Source: Myxococcales bacterium (GTDB lineage: Bacteria > Myxococcota_A > UBA9042). From it: a stretch of DNA of 42,508 nucleotides. The notes under the pieces are model-generated. The model was not told the DNA's origin. It was given only the letters and a program-made list of their open reading frames with translations, and ran no database searches. Made by a program: the position numbers and the translations under genes. Location: NCBI GenBank assembly GCA_037441385.1, contig JBBISH010000046.1:1-42508 (forward strand), written 5' to 3'. How positions within the stretch are numbered: position 1 is the stretch's first letter; each line of letters opens with the position of its first letter. Of this stretch, positions 18,787 to 27,730 are shown in pieces.

Positions 18787-19779
18787 CTAGCGCAGCACGA
18801 AATGGCGCCAAAGCGCAGCAAAAATCACAAGTCCCAGCGACACCGGCACCAGATAGAGCCAGCACAGCCGCATCAGCTGATCCGAGCGGAAGCGCAGCAG
18901 CGACCAGCGCACCCAGTACACGCTGGCGAACAGGGCCACAGTCTTGATGACCATCCAGTGCAAGCCCGAGGCGACGTGGAACGGGCCGTCCCAGCCGCCC
19001 AGGAAAATGACCGCGGCGATGGCCGAGCCGACCATGGTGTGCACGTACTCGCCCACGTACAACAGGCCGAATTTCATGCCGGTGTACTCGGTGGTGATGC
19101 CGGCCACCAGCTCGGACTCCGCCTCGGGGATGTCGAACGGGATGCGGTTCGACTCGGCCAGCAAGGCCATGTAGAACAAGACGAACGCGACGACGCCGGG
19201 GCCCGGTGGCCACAGCGCCAGCCAGCCGTGCTCGATCTGGAATTTCACGATGCCCGACAGGCTCATGGTGCCGGTGAACACCACCGCGACCAGGGACGTG
19301 AGCACCAGCGGCACGCCGTAGCTCACCGACTGCGCGACCGCGCGCATGCCGCCGATCAGCGCGAATTTGTTGTTGGAAGCCCAGCCCGCCATCCACACCG
19401 GGATGACCATGAGACCGCCCAGCGCCAGCACCCACAGGATACCCACGTCCAGGTCGGCGCCCACGGCCTCGGCGGTAAACGGCACCACCGCGGCGGTCGC
19501 AATCGCGAAGGTGGTCACCAAGAATGGCGCCAGGTCGAACAGCAGGCGATCGGCGCCGATCGGGTAGATCTCCTCTTTTTGCAGCAGCTTCATCAAGTCG
19601 GCCACCGGCTGCAGCAGACCGAATTTGCCCACCACGTTCGGGCCGATTCGCGACTGCATCCGCGCCGCCAGCTTGCGCTCGAGCCACATGCCCCACGCCG
19701 TGGCGGTCATCAAGACGGTGATGATCAACCCACCGTAGACCAAGCCGCGCAGCAGTCCTTGCATGATCACTCCTTGCAC
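18787..19779 (-). CDS. nuoH: NADH-quinone oxidoreductase subunit H
   Basis: ERKL.ARMQ.RIGPN, GLLQP.AD..KL, NRIPFDIPEAESELVAG..TEY.G; start 19779 or 19764. Confidence 0.95.
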   Translation of the reverse strand: MQGVIMQGLLRGLVYGGLIITVLMTATAWGMWLERKLAARMQSRIGPNVVGKFGLLQPVADLMKLLQKEEIYPIGADRLLFDLAPFLVTTFAIATAAVVPFTAEAVGADLDVGILWVLALGGLMVIPVWMAGWASNNKFALIGGMRAVAQSVSYGVPLVLTSLVAVVFTGTMSLSGIVKFQIEHGWLALWPPGPGVVAFVLFYMALLAESNRIPFDIPEAESELVAGITTEYTGMKFGLLYVGEYVHTMVGSAIAAVIFLGGWDGPFHVASGLHWMVIKTVALFASVYWVRWSLLRFRSDQLMRLCWLYLVPVSLGLVIFAALWRHFVLR

Positions 19780-19797
19780 CCAAAGTACCGGATTCGT

Positions 19798-20991
19798 CTA
19801 GCGATCGACTTCGCCCATGATCGGGTCGAGCGAGCCCAGGATGACCACGACGTCGCTGACCGTGTGGCCCGGCAGGATCCACGGCAGCGCCGACAGCGCG
19901 TGCAGGCTGGGGGCGCGGATCTTGCAACGGTACGGCGCCGTACCCTTGTCGCCACCGCCCGCCACCACAAAGGTACCCAGCTCGCCGCGCGGCGTGTCGA
20001 TACCCACGTAGGCCTGACCGGACATGGTCTTGAATTGCTGGGGCATCTTGATCGGCTTGCCACCGTTGATGCCGCCCTCGGGCAGGCCGGCCAACCCCGC
20101 ACGCACCAGACGAATCGACTCGCGCAGCTCGGCGACCCGCACTTGGGCCCGCGCCTGGCAATCGCCGGCGGTGGCCGTGGCGACGTTGACTTTGAGCTCG
20201 TCGTAGGCGTGGTACGGCGCGTCGCGGCGCAGATCGAAGTCGACGCCCGAGGCCCGCAAGATCGGCCCGGTCAGGCCCAGCCCGAGCGCCAGCTCCTTGT
20301 CGATGACGCCGACGCCCTTGGTGCGGGCGACGAAGATGGCGTTGTTGCTGCTCATCGCCTCGTACTCGGGCAGGCGCGACTCGATGAGGTCCAGCACCTT
20401 GATCACTTCGCGGTCCCAACCGGGCGGGATGTCGTGGCGGTTGCCGCCGATGGTGTGGGTGTTGTAGTGGAAGCGACCGCCGGTGACCATCTCGAACAAA
20501 TCCAAGATGTAATCGCGCTCGCGGAAGGTGTAGATGAACACGCCCGAGCCGCCACCCAGCGCGCCGCCCATGTCGAGCGCGAAGGTACCGAGCCAAAGCA
20601 TGTGCGAGGCGATACGCTGCAACTCGGCAAAAATCGTGCGCATCCACCGGGCGCGCCGCGGCACTTCGACCTTGAGCAGCTTCTCGAACGCCATCACCAG
20701 CGCCTGCTCGTTGGTCATCGGCGCGACGTAGTCGTTCTTGTCGACGATCGGCACGCCCTGAGCAAAGGTGAGTTTTTCCAGAAGCTTTTCGACGCCGCGG
20801 TGCAGGTAGCCTGCGTACGGGATCGCCCGCACCACCACCTCGCCGTCGAGGATGAGCTTGATGCGGAACACCCCGTGCGTGCTGGGGTGCTGCGGGCCAA
20901 AGTTGAGCACCATGAGGTCCGCGTCGGCGTCCATCTGCTCGAGGCGGTAGCGGTCGGAAGTCGGGCCGGGATGGCGGGCGTTCATCAGCAT
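19798..20991 (-). CDS. nuoD: NADH-quinone oxidoreductase subunit D
   Basis: NFGPQHPSTHGV, GYLHRG.EK, PRGELG, C-terminal LGSLDPIMGEVDR; no Ni-binding CxxC pairs. Confidence 0.95.
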   Translation of the reverse strand: MLMNARHPGPTSDRYRLEQMDADADLMVLNFGPQHPSTHGVFRIKLILDGEVVVRAIPYAGYLHRGVEKLLEKLTFAQGVPIVDKNDYVAPMTNEQALVMAFEKLLKVEVPRRARWMRTIFAELQRIASHMLWLGTFALDMGGALGGGSGVFIYTFRERDYILDLFEMVTGGRFHYNTHTIGGNRHDIPPGWDREVIKVLDLIESRLPEYEAMSSNNAIFVARTKGVGVIDKELALGLGLTGPILRASGVDFDLRRDAPYHAYDELKVNVATATAGDCQARAQVRVAELRESIRLVRAGLAGLPEGGINGGKPIKMPQQFKTMSGQAYVGIDTPRGELGTFVVAGGGDKGTAPYRCKIRAPSLHALSALPWILPGHTVSDVVVILGSLDPIMGEVDR

Positions 20992-21078
20992 CTCCAGGCG
21001 GTGGCTCTACAGGCGGTGGCGGTGCGGGCAGCGGCGGTGCATGTCCCAGCGCAGCGGCCAGGCAGACGGGCGAGGCGG

Positions 21079-22365
21079 CTAGCGCCAGGGACGGCAGGCC
21101 GTGTCGGCGGCATAGTCGCGGCGCAGGGGGTGGCCCTGCCAATTTTCGGGCAGCATGATGCGGCGCAGATCCGGGTGGTTGGCGAACTGGACACCGAGCA
21201 GGTCGAACTGCTCGCGCTCTTGCCAGTCGGCGGCGGCGAACACGCTGGCCAGGGACTCCAACGTCTCGCCGGGCTGCAGCACCACGCGCCACTGGGCCAG
21301 CTTTGCGCCGGCAGTGGGGCTGCGCAGGCCAAAGGCCACCTCGAAGGTGTCGCCGTCGGCCTTGGGCCAGTGCGACGCCACCACGTAGATGAGCAGCGAA
21401 TAGCCCATCGCCTTCAAGGTGTTCGCCAGCTCCAGGTGACGGTCGCGCGGCACGATCGGCGCGTTGTCGGCCGGGAAGTCTTCGATCCCAAAGCGCTCGC
21501 GCAGCAGCGCCTCGACATCCAAGGCCGCCTGCACCGGCACGGGCTCGGCGCCGCGCCAGTCCAGCTCGCCTTCGGGCGCGTCGGGCGACTGCAGGCCAGC
21601 TTGGCGCGCTTGTTCGGCGCTGATCGCCGGATCGCGCTCGGGGTCGTCCACGCGGCGAACGGCCGGGCCGTGCATTTTCTCGGTCTCGGGGCGGAGTTCG
21701 GGGGCGTGCCACGTTCCAGCCTGCTTGGCGGCGATCTTCTCTTGCAGCCGCAGCATGCCGTGCATCAGCGCCTGCGGGTCGGGCGGGCAGCCGGGCACGT
21801 ACACGTCGACAGGCAAGATGGTGTCGATGCCGGGCACGGTGGGGTACAGGTCGCGGTAGAAGTCGCCCGAGATGGCACACGAACCCATGGCGATCGCCCA
21901 CTTGGGCTCGGGCATCTGGTCCCACAACCGCTTGACCTTGGGGGCCATTTTGACGGTGATGGTGCCGGCGATGACCATGACGTCGGCCTGGCGCGGGGTG
22001 GCGCGCACGATGGAGCCGATGCGGTCGATGTCGACGCGGGCGGCGGCCGTGGCCATGAACTCGATGCCGCAGCACGAGGTGGCCATGGGGAAGATGTACA
22101 AGGCGTTCTTGGCGCCCCAAGTCAGCAGCTGATCGATGGACGCGACCGCGACCGACAGGCCCGGGACGTTGATGAGGGTGGTATAGAGCGGATGGTCGTA
22201 GGCCTGACCCGACTCGTCGACTACTCGCGCCCCACCTGATTCACGCCTGGTCTGCGCCCCGGACCCGTTTGGCAACTGGCGAGAATCATGCGGGGACCCC
22301 GGTTCGGACCCGGAGAGTTGCGCTGATTCTTGATCGGATTTGAACGGATCCGGCGTTACTGCCAT
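21079..22365 (-). CDS. nuoB: Fused NADH-quinone oxidoreductase subunits B and C, with an N-terminal repeat-derived insert
   Basis: TSCCGIE, PRQAD, MPEPKW.I.MGSCA and PVDVYVPGCPP (NuoB), followed in frame by WQERE.FDL.G..F..HPDLRRI..P....HPLRRDY (NuoC); ATG at 22365 overlaps the nuoA end. Confidence 0.9.
   Translation of the reverse strand: MAVTPDPFKSDQESAQLSGSEPGSPHDSRQLPNGSGAQTRRESGGARVVDESGQAYDHPLYTTLINVPGLSVAVASIDQLLTWGAKNALYIFPMATSCCGIEFMATAAARVDIDRIGSIVRATPRQADVMVIAGTITVKMAPKVKRLWDQMPEPKWAIAMGSCAISGDFYRDLYPTVPGIDTILPVDVYVPGCPPDPQALMHGMLRLQEKIAAKQAGTWHAPELRPETEKMHGPAVRRVDDPERDPAISAEQARQAGLQSPDAPEGELDWRGAEPVPVQAALDVEALLRERFGIEDFPADNAPIVPRDRHLELANTLKAMGYSLLIYVVASHWPKADGDTFEVAFGLRSPTAGAKLAQWRVVLQPGETLESLASVFAAADWQEREQFDLLGVQFANHPDLRRIMLPENWQGHPLRRDYAADTACRPWR
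22221..22358 (+). repeat. Interspersed ~138-bp repeat (MITE/RPE-like), copy 1, diverged, within the nuoB 5' end
   Basis: Colinear and equal in length to 30243-30380 (CCCCACCTGATTC...GCAACTGGCGAGAATCA.GCGGGGACCCCG.TTCGG). Confidence 0.9.
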
Positions 22366-22751
22366 CGCAGGGCCTCCTTCTTCAGCGCATACAGCCAACC
22401 GAGCATCAAAACCGCCATGAAAATGCCCATCAGCACCAGCGCGGCCACGCCGAGCTTGCTCAGCACCAGCGCCCACGGGAACAGGAACGCCGCTTCCACG
22501 TCGAACAGGACGAAGAACAGCGCTACGACGTAGTAGCGCGGGTGGAACTGGATGCGGGTCTCGCCGACCGGCTCTTCGCCGCACTCGTAGGGACGGTTGC
22601 GCAAGCTGCCGGGATTTTTGGACTTTACTGCGAAGAGCTTGGCCACGCCCATCATCGTGGCGGCGATGACCATCGAGAACAGCACGAAGCCGACGGCGGC
22701 CAGCCAGGTCTGGACCTGGGAACCACCTGTAGCCGCTAGCGTTTCACCCAT
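22356..22751 (-). CDS. nuoA: NADH-quinone oxidoreductase subunit A
   Basis: PYECGE.P, YYVVALFFVLFDVEAAFLFPWA, G..YA.KK.AL.W. Confidence 0.95.
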   Translation of the reverse strand: MGETLAATGGSQVQTWLAAVGFVLFSMVIAATMMGVAKLFAVKSKNPGSLRNRPYECGEEPVGETRIQFHPRYYVVALFFVLFDVEAAFLFPWALVLSKLGVAALVLMGIFMAVLMLGWLYALKKEALRWQ

Positions 22752-22935
22752 GAGGCCCTCCCGGCCGCAACGCAGGCCGATGGCGGCGCGGAGTTTAGAC
22801 GCGGTGCGGCACCGCCACAAGCCGAACAGGGCCCTGGTTCGTCACGTCTGCGCCATAGGCGCGGTTTTTCGCGTGTTCTTGCGCGGTCTTGGCCGCCAGT
22901 TTGCCGTGGCGAGGCGGGCCAGCTAGCATCGAGGC

Positions 22936-25125
22936 GTGAGCCAGCCCCCGCCAACTCTGCCGCAGCGACCGATCGAATCGGCTAGCCCGCGCCGGTTGGC
23001 GTTGGAGCCGCTGCCGCCGGGTCGGTTGGCGGGGCTGCGACAGGCGCTGAGCAGCGCCGGTCTGGAGCTGACGAGCGGGCAGTGGCGACCGGGCGAAGTG
23101 CGGCTGGAGCTGGCGGTGGCCGGGCGCGCGGTGGTGGCGACGCTGGGCGAGAAAGACATGGAGCGGCCTGCATTTGTGCGGAGCGACCGCTTCGACTTGG
23201 GCTACCTGGAGGGCAACGGCACCGCAGAGCAGAGCGCGCTGGCCCAGCGAACGGTGCAACGCCTGGGTCAACTGGTCGACGGCGCCGATCTGACCCGCCA
23301 CCTGCTGGGGGCGCTTCAGGGCCGCGACAGCGACGAAGGCCAGTCCGAGCTTGGGGATTTTGCAGTGGTCGCCGGGCCAGACCTGCGGACCTTTGCCGTG
23401 CAGCGCTGCAGCAAGCGCCCGGACGTGGGCCCGCGCCAAGACGGCCCGGCGCACGCGTGGGTGCAAGAAGGCGAGCAGTATCGCATCTATCGGAGCAGTC
23501 GCTGCCCGGACGACGCAGCGGTGGCGGCACGGGTGCGCGGCAGTGGCGCGGGTCCGCAAGGCCGGCTGCTGACGCTCCAAAGTCCCTGTCGCGATTGCGT
23601 GCTGCGCAGCGAGTGTGCGGGGTGCTGGGAGCTGGCGGCGCCGCTGGAGGATCTCGCCACGCAGCTGGCCAAGGCCCGCCAGACCTTGGGTCACGCCGGC
23701 CCGGTCGAGGTGTTGGGCGACGAGGTGCTTTCGCTGGCCAGCCCCGCGGGCAAGGGCGCGCCGTTGCTGCTGGTTTCGGGTGCCGATCTGGCGCGCCGGC
23801 CGACCCGACTGCAGCTAGCCCGACGCCTGCGCACGGCCCCGCGGCCGGCGGGCGTGCTGGTCTTGGGCCGCGAGCCCGGCCTGGTGGTGGCGGACGCCCC
23901 AATTCCCCTGCAGCCGGCGAGCGCGGCGCGGGTCGCACGCAGCCTTCTGGGCTCGGCGCTGCAAGTTCGCCAGGCGGACTGGCCGCACCGCGGCGTCGAC
24001 CTGCATCAGCGCCAAGGGCAATGGTGGCTGTGGACCGAGGTCGCCCAGCCCGGCGATCCGCCGCCGGTGCGCTTGGAGCATGTCACCCTGGCGCTGAACC
24101 GACGCTGCGTGACGGTGTGTCGCTACTGTGATCTGCCGCTGCGCCTGCGCGAAGACATGCCGATCGCCCGGGTGTTTCGCGTGTTGGAAGAGGTGGTGGC
24201 GCTGGGCGGGGTGTCGCTGGAGCTGTTTGGCGGCGAGGTGACCCTGCGGCCCGATCTGATCGCGCTGCTCGCTCACGCCAAGGGCTTGGGCCTGCAGACG
24301 TTCGTCACCACCACGGGGCTGGGCCTGAGCGACAAACAGCTGCTGGATCTGGCGCGAGCAGGCATCACCGACCTGTCGATCTCGATCGACTCGGCCGACC
24401 CCGCGGTGCACGACGATCTGAAGGGGCGCCCGGGCATGTTCGACGCGGCCGTGCGCGCCGCCACCGAACTCAAACGTCTGGGCGCGCCGCACGTGGGCCT
24501 GAACACGGTGATTACTCCAGCAAATTTTGAGTTATTGCCGGGCGTGGTGCGCCTGTCGGCGCAGCTGGGTCTGGCGGGCGTGACGATGTTCTTGTGCCAG
24601 CCGGTGGCCGAGTTTGGCAACGCGACCCCGCTGCTGAACGAGCAGCAAAGCCGGAAGCTGATCCGCGAAATTCTGCCCGAAGCCCGGCGCCTTGGCCGCG
24701 AATTGGGCGTGCACGTGGGGGTCCGCCCGGCCATCGACAAAGAAGGCGACGACGGGGCCGGCCACGCCTGCGGCGACGCGACCGCAGCGCGCATCGCCCG
24801 CGGCGAATACAGCCGCATTTTCGATGGTTCGGCGCCGTGCCGCATCCCCGACCACTTGGTGTCGGTCCGCGGCGACGGCAGCGTGCGCCTGTGCAACCAG
24901 CCCGTCATGCAGTTCGACGACAGCTGCTCGGTGGGCAACGTCGCCGACGCCAGCCTAGTGCAAATTTTGCACAGCCCGCGCGCCGCCGAGTTCCGCCAGC
25001 AGGCCGGCACCCTGCCCTTGTGCAAATATTGCACCTTTGACCACTCGGTGGCGGGTGCGAACCCAGGATTGGCCACCCAGGCCGCGGGCGAAGGGGCGGC
25101 CGATCGCCGCAGGGCCCAGCCGTGA
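22936..25125 (+). CDS. Radical SAM/SPASM-Twitch protein with long N-terminal extension
   Basis: NRRCVTVCRYCD (CxxxCxxC), FGGE, SISIDS...HD..KG.PG.F, C-terminal C..x..GDGSVRLC..GNV..CKYC; extra N-terminal CRDCVLRSECAGC; GTG start with GAGG RBS. Confidence 0.85.
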   Translation: MSQPPPTLPQRPIESASPRRLALEPLPPGRLAGLRQALSSAGLELTSGQWRPGEVRLELAVAGRAVVATLGEKDMERPAFVRSDRFDLGYLEGNGTAEQSALAQRTVQRLGQLVDGADLTRHLLGALQGRDSDEGQSELGDFAVVAGPDLRTFAVQRCSKRPDVGPRQDGPAHAWVQEGEQYRIYRSSRCPDDAAVAARVRGSGAGPQGRLLTLQSPCRDCVLRSECAGCWELAAPLEDLATQLAKARQTLGHAGPVEVLGDEVLSLASPAGKGAPLLLVSGADLARRPTRLQLARRLRTAPRPAGVLVLGREPGLVVADAPIPLQPASAARVARSLLGSALQVRQADWPHRGVDLHQRQGQWWLWTEVAQPGDPPPVRLEHVTLALNRRCVTVCRYCDLPLRLREDMPIARVFRVLEEVVALGGVSLELFGGEVTLRPDLIALLAHAKGLGLQTFVTTTGLGLSDKQLLDLARAGITDLSISIDSADPAVHDDLKGRPGMFDAAVRAATELKRLGAPHVGLNTVITPANFELLPGVVRLSAQLGLAGVTMFLCQPVAEFGNATPLLNEQQSRKLIREILPEARRLGRELGVHVGVRPAIDKEGDDGAGHACGDATAARIARGEYSRIFDGSAPCRIPDHLVSVRGDGSVRLCNQPVMQFDDSCSVGNVADASLVQILHSPRAAEFRQQAGTLPLCKYCTFDHSVAGANPGLATQAAGEGAADRRRAQP

Positions 25126-26924
25126 CGGGTCCCGCGGCGGCCCAGCTGCTGGGACTTGCGCAGGTGGAGCCGCTGCATTTTGCGTCGTTCTACCAGCGCA
25201 CACGGCTGTATCGCGGCGGCCTGAGGCCGGCCGTGGCCGAGGTGGTGCTGGACCTGACCCAGGACTGCCCGCTGGACTGTGCCTTTTGTCTGGCTGGAGC
25301 CGTGCGGGGCGGCGGTCGGCGCATCGAGTTGCCCCAGCTGCGCGTCTTGGAACGGCAACTACTCGGCATTCCGCGCATCTTGGTGGTCGGCGGCGAGCCG
25401 CTGGCGCACCCGGAGCTCCGCGCGGCCTTGGCGATCTTGCGCAACACGGCGGCCGAGGTCGAGATCATCACGGGCGGTGCGACCTTGCCGCTGGATGCCG
25501 CCAAGTTTGGCCATTGGGCCGACACCCACCTGCGCGGCGGACCGGGGCGGCTGGTGCTGACGCTGTCGGTGGATGCGTGGCACAGGCAGGCGGTGGGCGA
25601 GGCAGCCTTTGCTCGGCGTATCGAGCACGTGCTGGCCTTGGAGGAAAAGGCACACGACCGGTTGCAAGTCCGCTTCTTGGCGACAGATCCCCGCCTGACA
25701 ACCGCTGGTTACGTGCGCCGCGAGGCGGTGGCCGAAGTGTTGGCCGACCTGCATCCGGGGCTGGCGGAGCGCTGGCAGCGCCGCTTTGGCGAGCAACGCG
25801 CCGACGACGTGTTCCGCCTGGGACCGGTGGTGCGGCTGGGGTCGGCGCAACAGAGCGCCGCCGAGCCCCTGGACGCAGGCGAGCTGGCCTTTGCCGGCGA
25901 AGTGGTGCTGACTCCGCGCGGCGAACACGGGGAGTTGCTGGGGTTGCGCGCCCTGCCGGCGACGTGGATGGACCGCGTGCCCGCCGGGTTGCAGCGCGGG
26001 GCGCTGGACCTGGACCACCTGGACCGTGCCATCGAGACGAGCGCGGTGGCCGAAGCGCTTGGCTTTGCCATTGTGCCGCAGCTACAGCAGCGCTGGCAGC
26101 ACTGGCTGCAGGGCGAACAATCGCCTGAGCTTGCGGTTGATTTACGTACGGCGGCGGCGCTGCACCTTGCCGAGCAGTGGCCCAGGGTGCGCGAAGCGTG
26201 GCTGGACCAACAGGCGGCCCGTCTCGCCGCGACCTGCTCGGCCGAATTGCCGTGGACGTTTGCGGTGAACCGCCCTTGGCGCCGCGTGCACCTGCCGCTG
26301 CTGCGGCGCCTGTGGTCGCTCAAGTCCGTGCAAAACCTCGGGTTTGGCGAGCAATTGGTCGGCGAGCTGGTCCAGGCGAGCTTGCGGGCGTTGACCGAGC
26401 CAGGCTGGCCGGCCTTTGTGGGCTATGCCGCGCAGTCGGGGCTGCTGTGCGAACGGCCCGACGCGCCGATCCCTTTGCAAGACGTGCCCTTGGACACGGG
26501 CCTGGCGACGCCCTACCTGGGCGATGCCTGGCACCGACCGCGGCTGGTACTGCGCGCGGGCTTTGAGCCGCCTGACGGCCGGCCGGTGCTGGCGTGGGAC
26601 GGGCTGGGCGCCGTGCCCTGGCAAGAGGGCGACGGCGAGCGGGCCACGGCCGAGTTTGCGACCCTGGCGGCGCGGATGCAGCAAGTGGTGCCCAACGTAC
26701 TAGGCGAAATGCTTTGGCAGCAGTGGGTTGTGGCGCTGCGGCAGCAGGCGCAGCACTGGCGGCACGCGGGCCTGCACGATTTGGCCGACGCCGCGGAGGC
26801 TTCGCTGCGTGCGCCGGCGCTGCCCGCAGCCGAAGCGATCGAGGACCGCGACGCCGTGCTCCACTTGGTGGCCGGGCCGCGCGTGGACGGCTGGCCGGTT
26901 GCCGCAGCCGGGCAAAAGTGCTGA
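25122..26924 (+). CDS. Radical SAM protein with unknown C-terminal domain
   Basis: LTQDCPLDCAFC (CxxxCxxC), GGEPL.HP, LSVD..H; GTGA overlap with the upstream gene. Confidence 0.8.
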   Translation: MTGPAAAQLLGLAQVEPLHFASFYQRTRLYRGGLRPAVAEVVLDLTQDCPLDCAFCLAGAVRGGGRRIELPQLRVLERQLLGIPRILVVGGEPLAHPELRAALAILRNTAAEVEIITGGATLPLDAAKFGHWADTHLRGGPGRLVLTLSVDAWHRQAVGEAAFARRIEHVLALEEKAHDRLQVRFLATDPRLTTAGYVRREAVAEVLADLHPGLAERWQRRFGEQRADDVFRLGPVVRLGSAQQSAAEPLDAGELAFAGEVVLTPRGEHGELLGLRALPATWMDRVPAGLQRGALDLDHLDRAIETSAVAEALGFAIVPQLQQRWQHWLQGEQSPELAVDLRTAAALHLAEQWPRVREAWLDQQAARLAATCSAELPWTFAVNRPWRRVHLPLLRRLWSLKSVQNLGFGEQLVGELVQASLRALTEPGWPAFVGYAAQSGLLCERPDAPIPLQDVPLDTGLATPYLGDAWHRPRLVLRAGFEPPDGRPVLAWDGLGAVPWQEGDGERATAEFATLAARMQQVVPNVLGEMLWQQWVVALRQQAQHWRHAGLHDLADAAEASLRAPALPAAEAIEDRDAVLHLVAGPRVDGWPVAAAGQKC

Positions 26925-26964
26925 GATGGGCGGGCTCTTCCCTGCGAATTGGAGGCGAGGTGTC

Positions 26965-27705
26965 ATGCCAAACCGTCAACTTTTTGGCTACTTGCTAGCA
27001 TACCTTGCCGTGGGCGCCGCGCTTGGCTGCGAGGCGAACCCAGCCCCGGCCAGCGCGGTAGACGCGGCGAGCGACGCGACTGGCGATGCGGACAGCAGCG
27101 GCGGCGACAGCAGCAGCGCGGACGGGTCTCTTGGTGGCGATGGGACGGCGGGCGGCGACGTGGTGCCCAGCTGCGGCGACGGGGTGTGCTCGCCGGGCGA
27201 GACTGCGGCAAGCTGCGCCAAAGACTGCAAAATCCAACCGATCTGCGGCGACGGGGCCTGCACCAAAGGCGAGACCGCGACCAACTGCGCCAAGGACTGC
27301 ACGGTAGCCGGCAGCTGCGGCAACGGCGTCTGCAACCCCGGCGAGTCGGTCAGCTGCCCCAAGGATTGCCCCACCGTGACGACCTGCGGCGACGGTGCCT
27401 GCAACTACCCAGAAAACGACCAGATCTGCCCCGGCGACTGCAAGGGCCAAGATCCCTGCGGCAACGGCAATTGCGTCAGCGCGCTAGAGAGCTGGTACAC
27501 CTGCCCCAGTGACTGCCCCAACAAGCCCGCGTGCGGCGACGGCAATTGCGCCCCCGGCGAGGACAAGGGCTGCATGGAAGACTGCGGGCCAGTCAACGGC
27601 AGCTGCAAGAACATGTGCGGCGGCTCGGCCGGGGGCTGCTACTGCGACGAAATCTGCAGCCAGTATGGCGATTGCTGCCCCGACAAGGACAAGTGGTGCC
27701 CATAG
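26965..27705 (+). CDS. Cys-rich lipoprotein with CG(D/N)GxC repeats and C-terminal somatomedin B-like domain
   Basis: GGAGG RBS at 26951; lipobox ALGC; six CG(D/N)G.C...E....C..DC repeats; SCKNMC..GCYCDEICSQYGDCCPD. Confidence 0.8.
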   Translation: MPNRQLFGYLLAYLAVGAALGCEANPAPASAVDAASDATGDADSSGGDSSSADGSLGGDGTAGGDVVPSCGDGVCSPGETAASCAKDCKIQPICGDGACTKGETATNCAKDCTVAGSCGNGVCNPGESVSCPKDCPTVTTCGDGACNYPENDQICPGDCKGQDPCGNGNCVSALESWYTCPSDCPNKPACGDGNCAPGEDKGCMEDCGPVNGSCKNMCGGSAGGCYCDEICSQYGDCCPDKDKWCP

Positions 27706-27730
27706 TCGCACGCCCGCCGCGGATGGCTCG

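Noticed and set aside
18670..22239. Very long alternative-frame ORFs (1189 aa +, 1142 aa -) and similar ones across the window, e.g. 10240-12147, 13663-15576, 30340-32235
   Set aside because: Shadow ORFs of GC3-rich genes: they are Arg/Ala/Gly/His-rich, carry no motifs, and fully overlap well-supported genes.
19798..22365. Group 4 [NiFe]-hydrogenase interpretation of the EFG-less operon
   Set aside because: The large subunit lacks both Ni-binding CxxC motifs and ends GEVDR like NuoD; the small subunit has the NuoB tandem CC.
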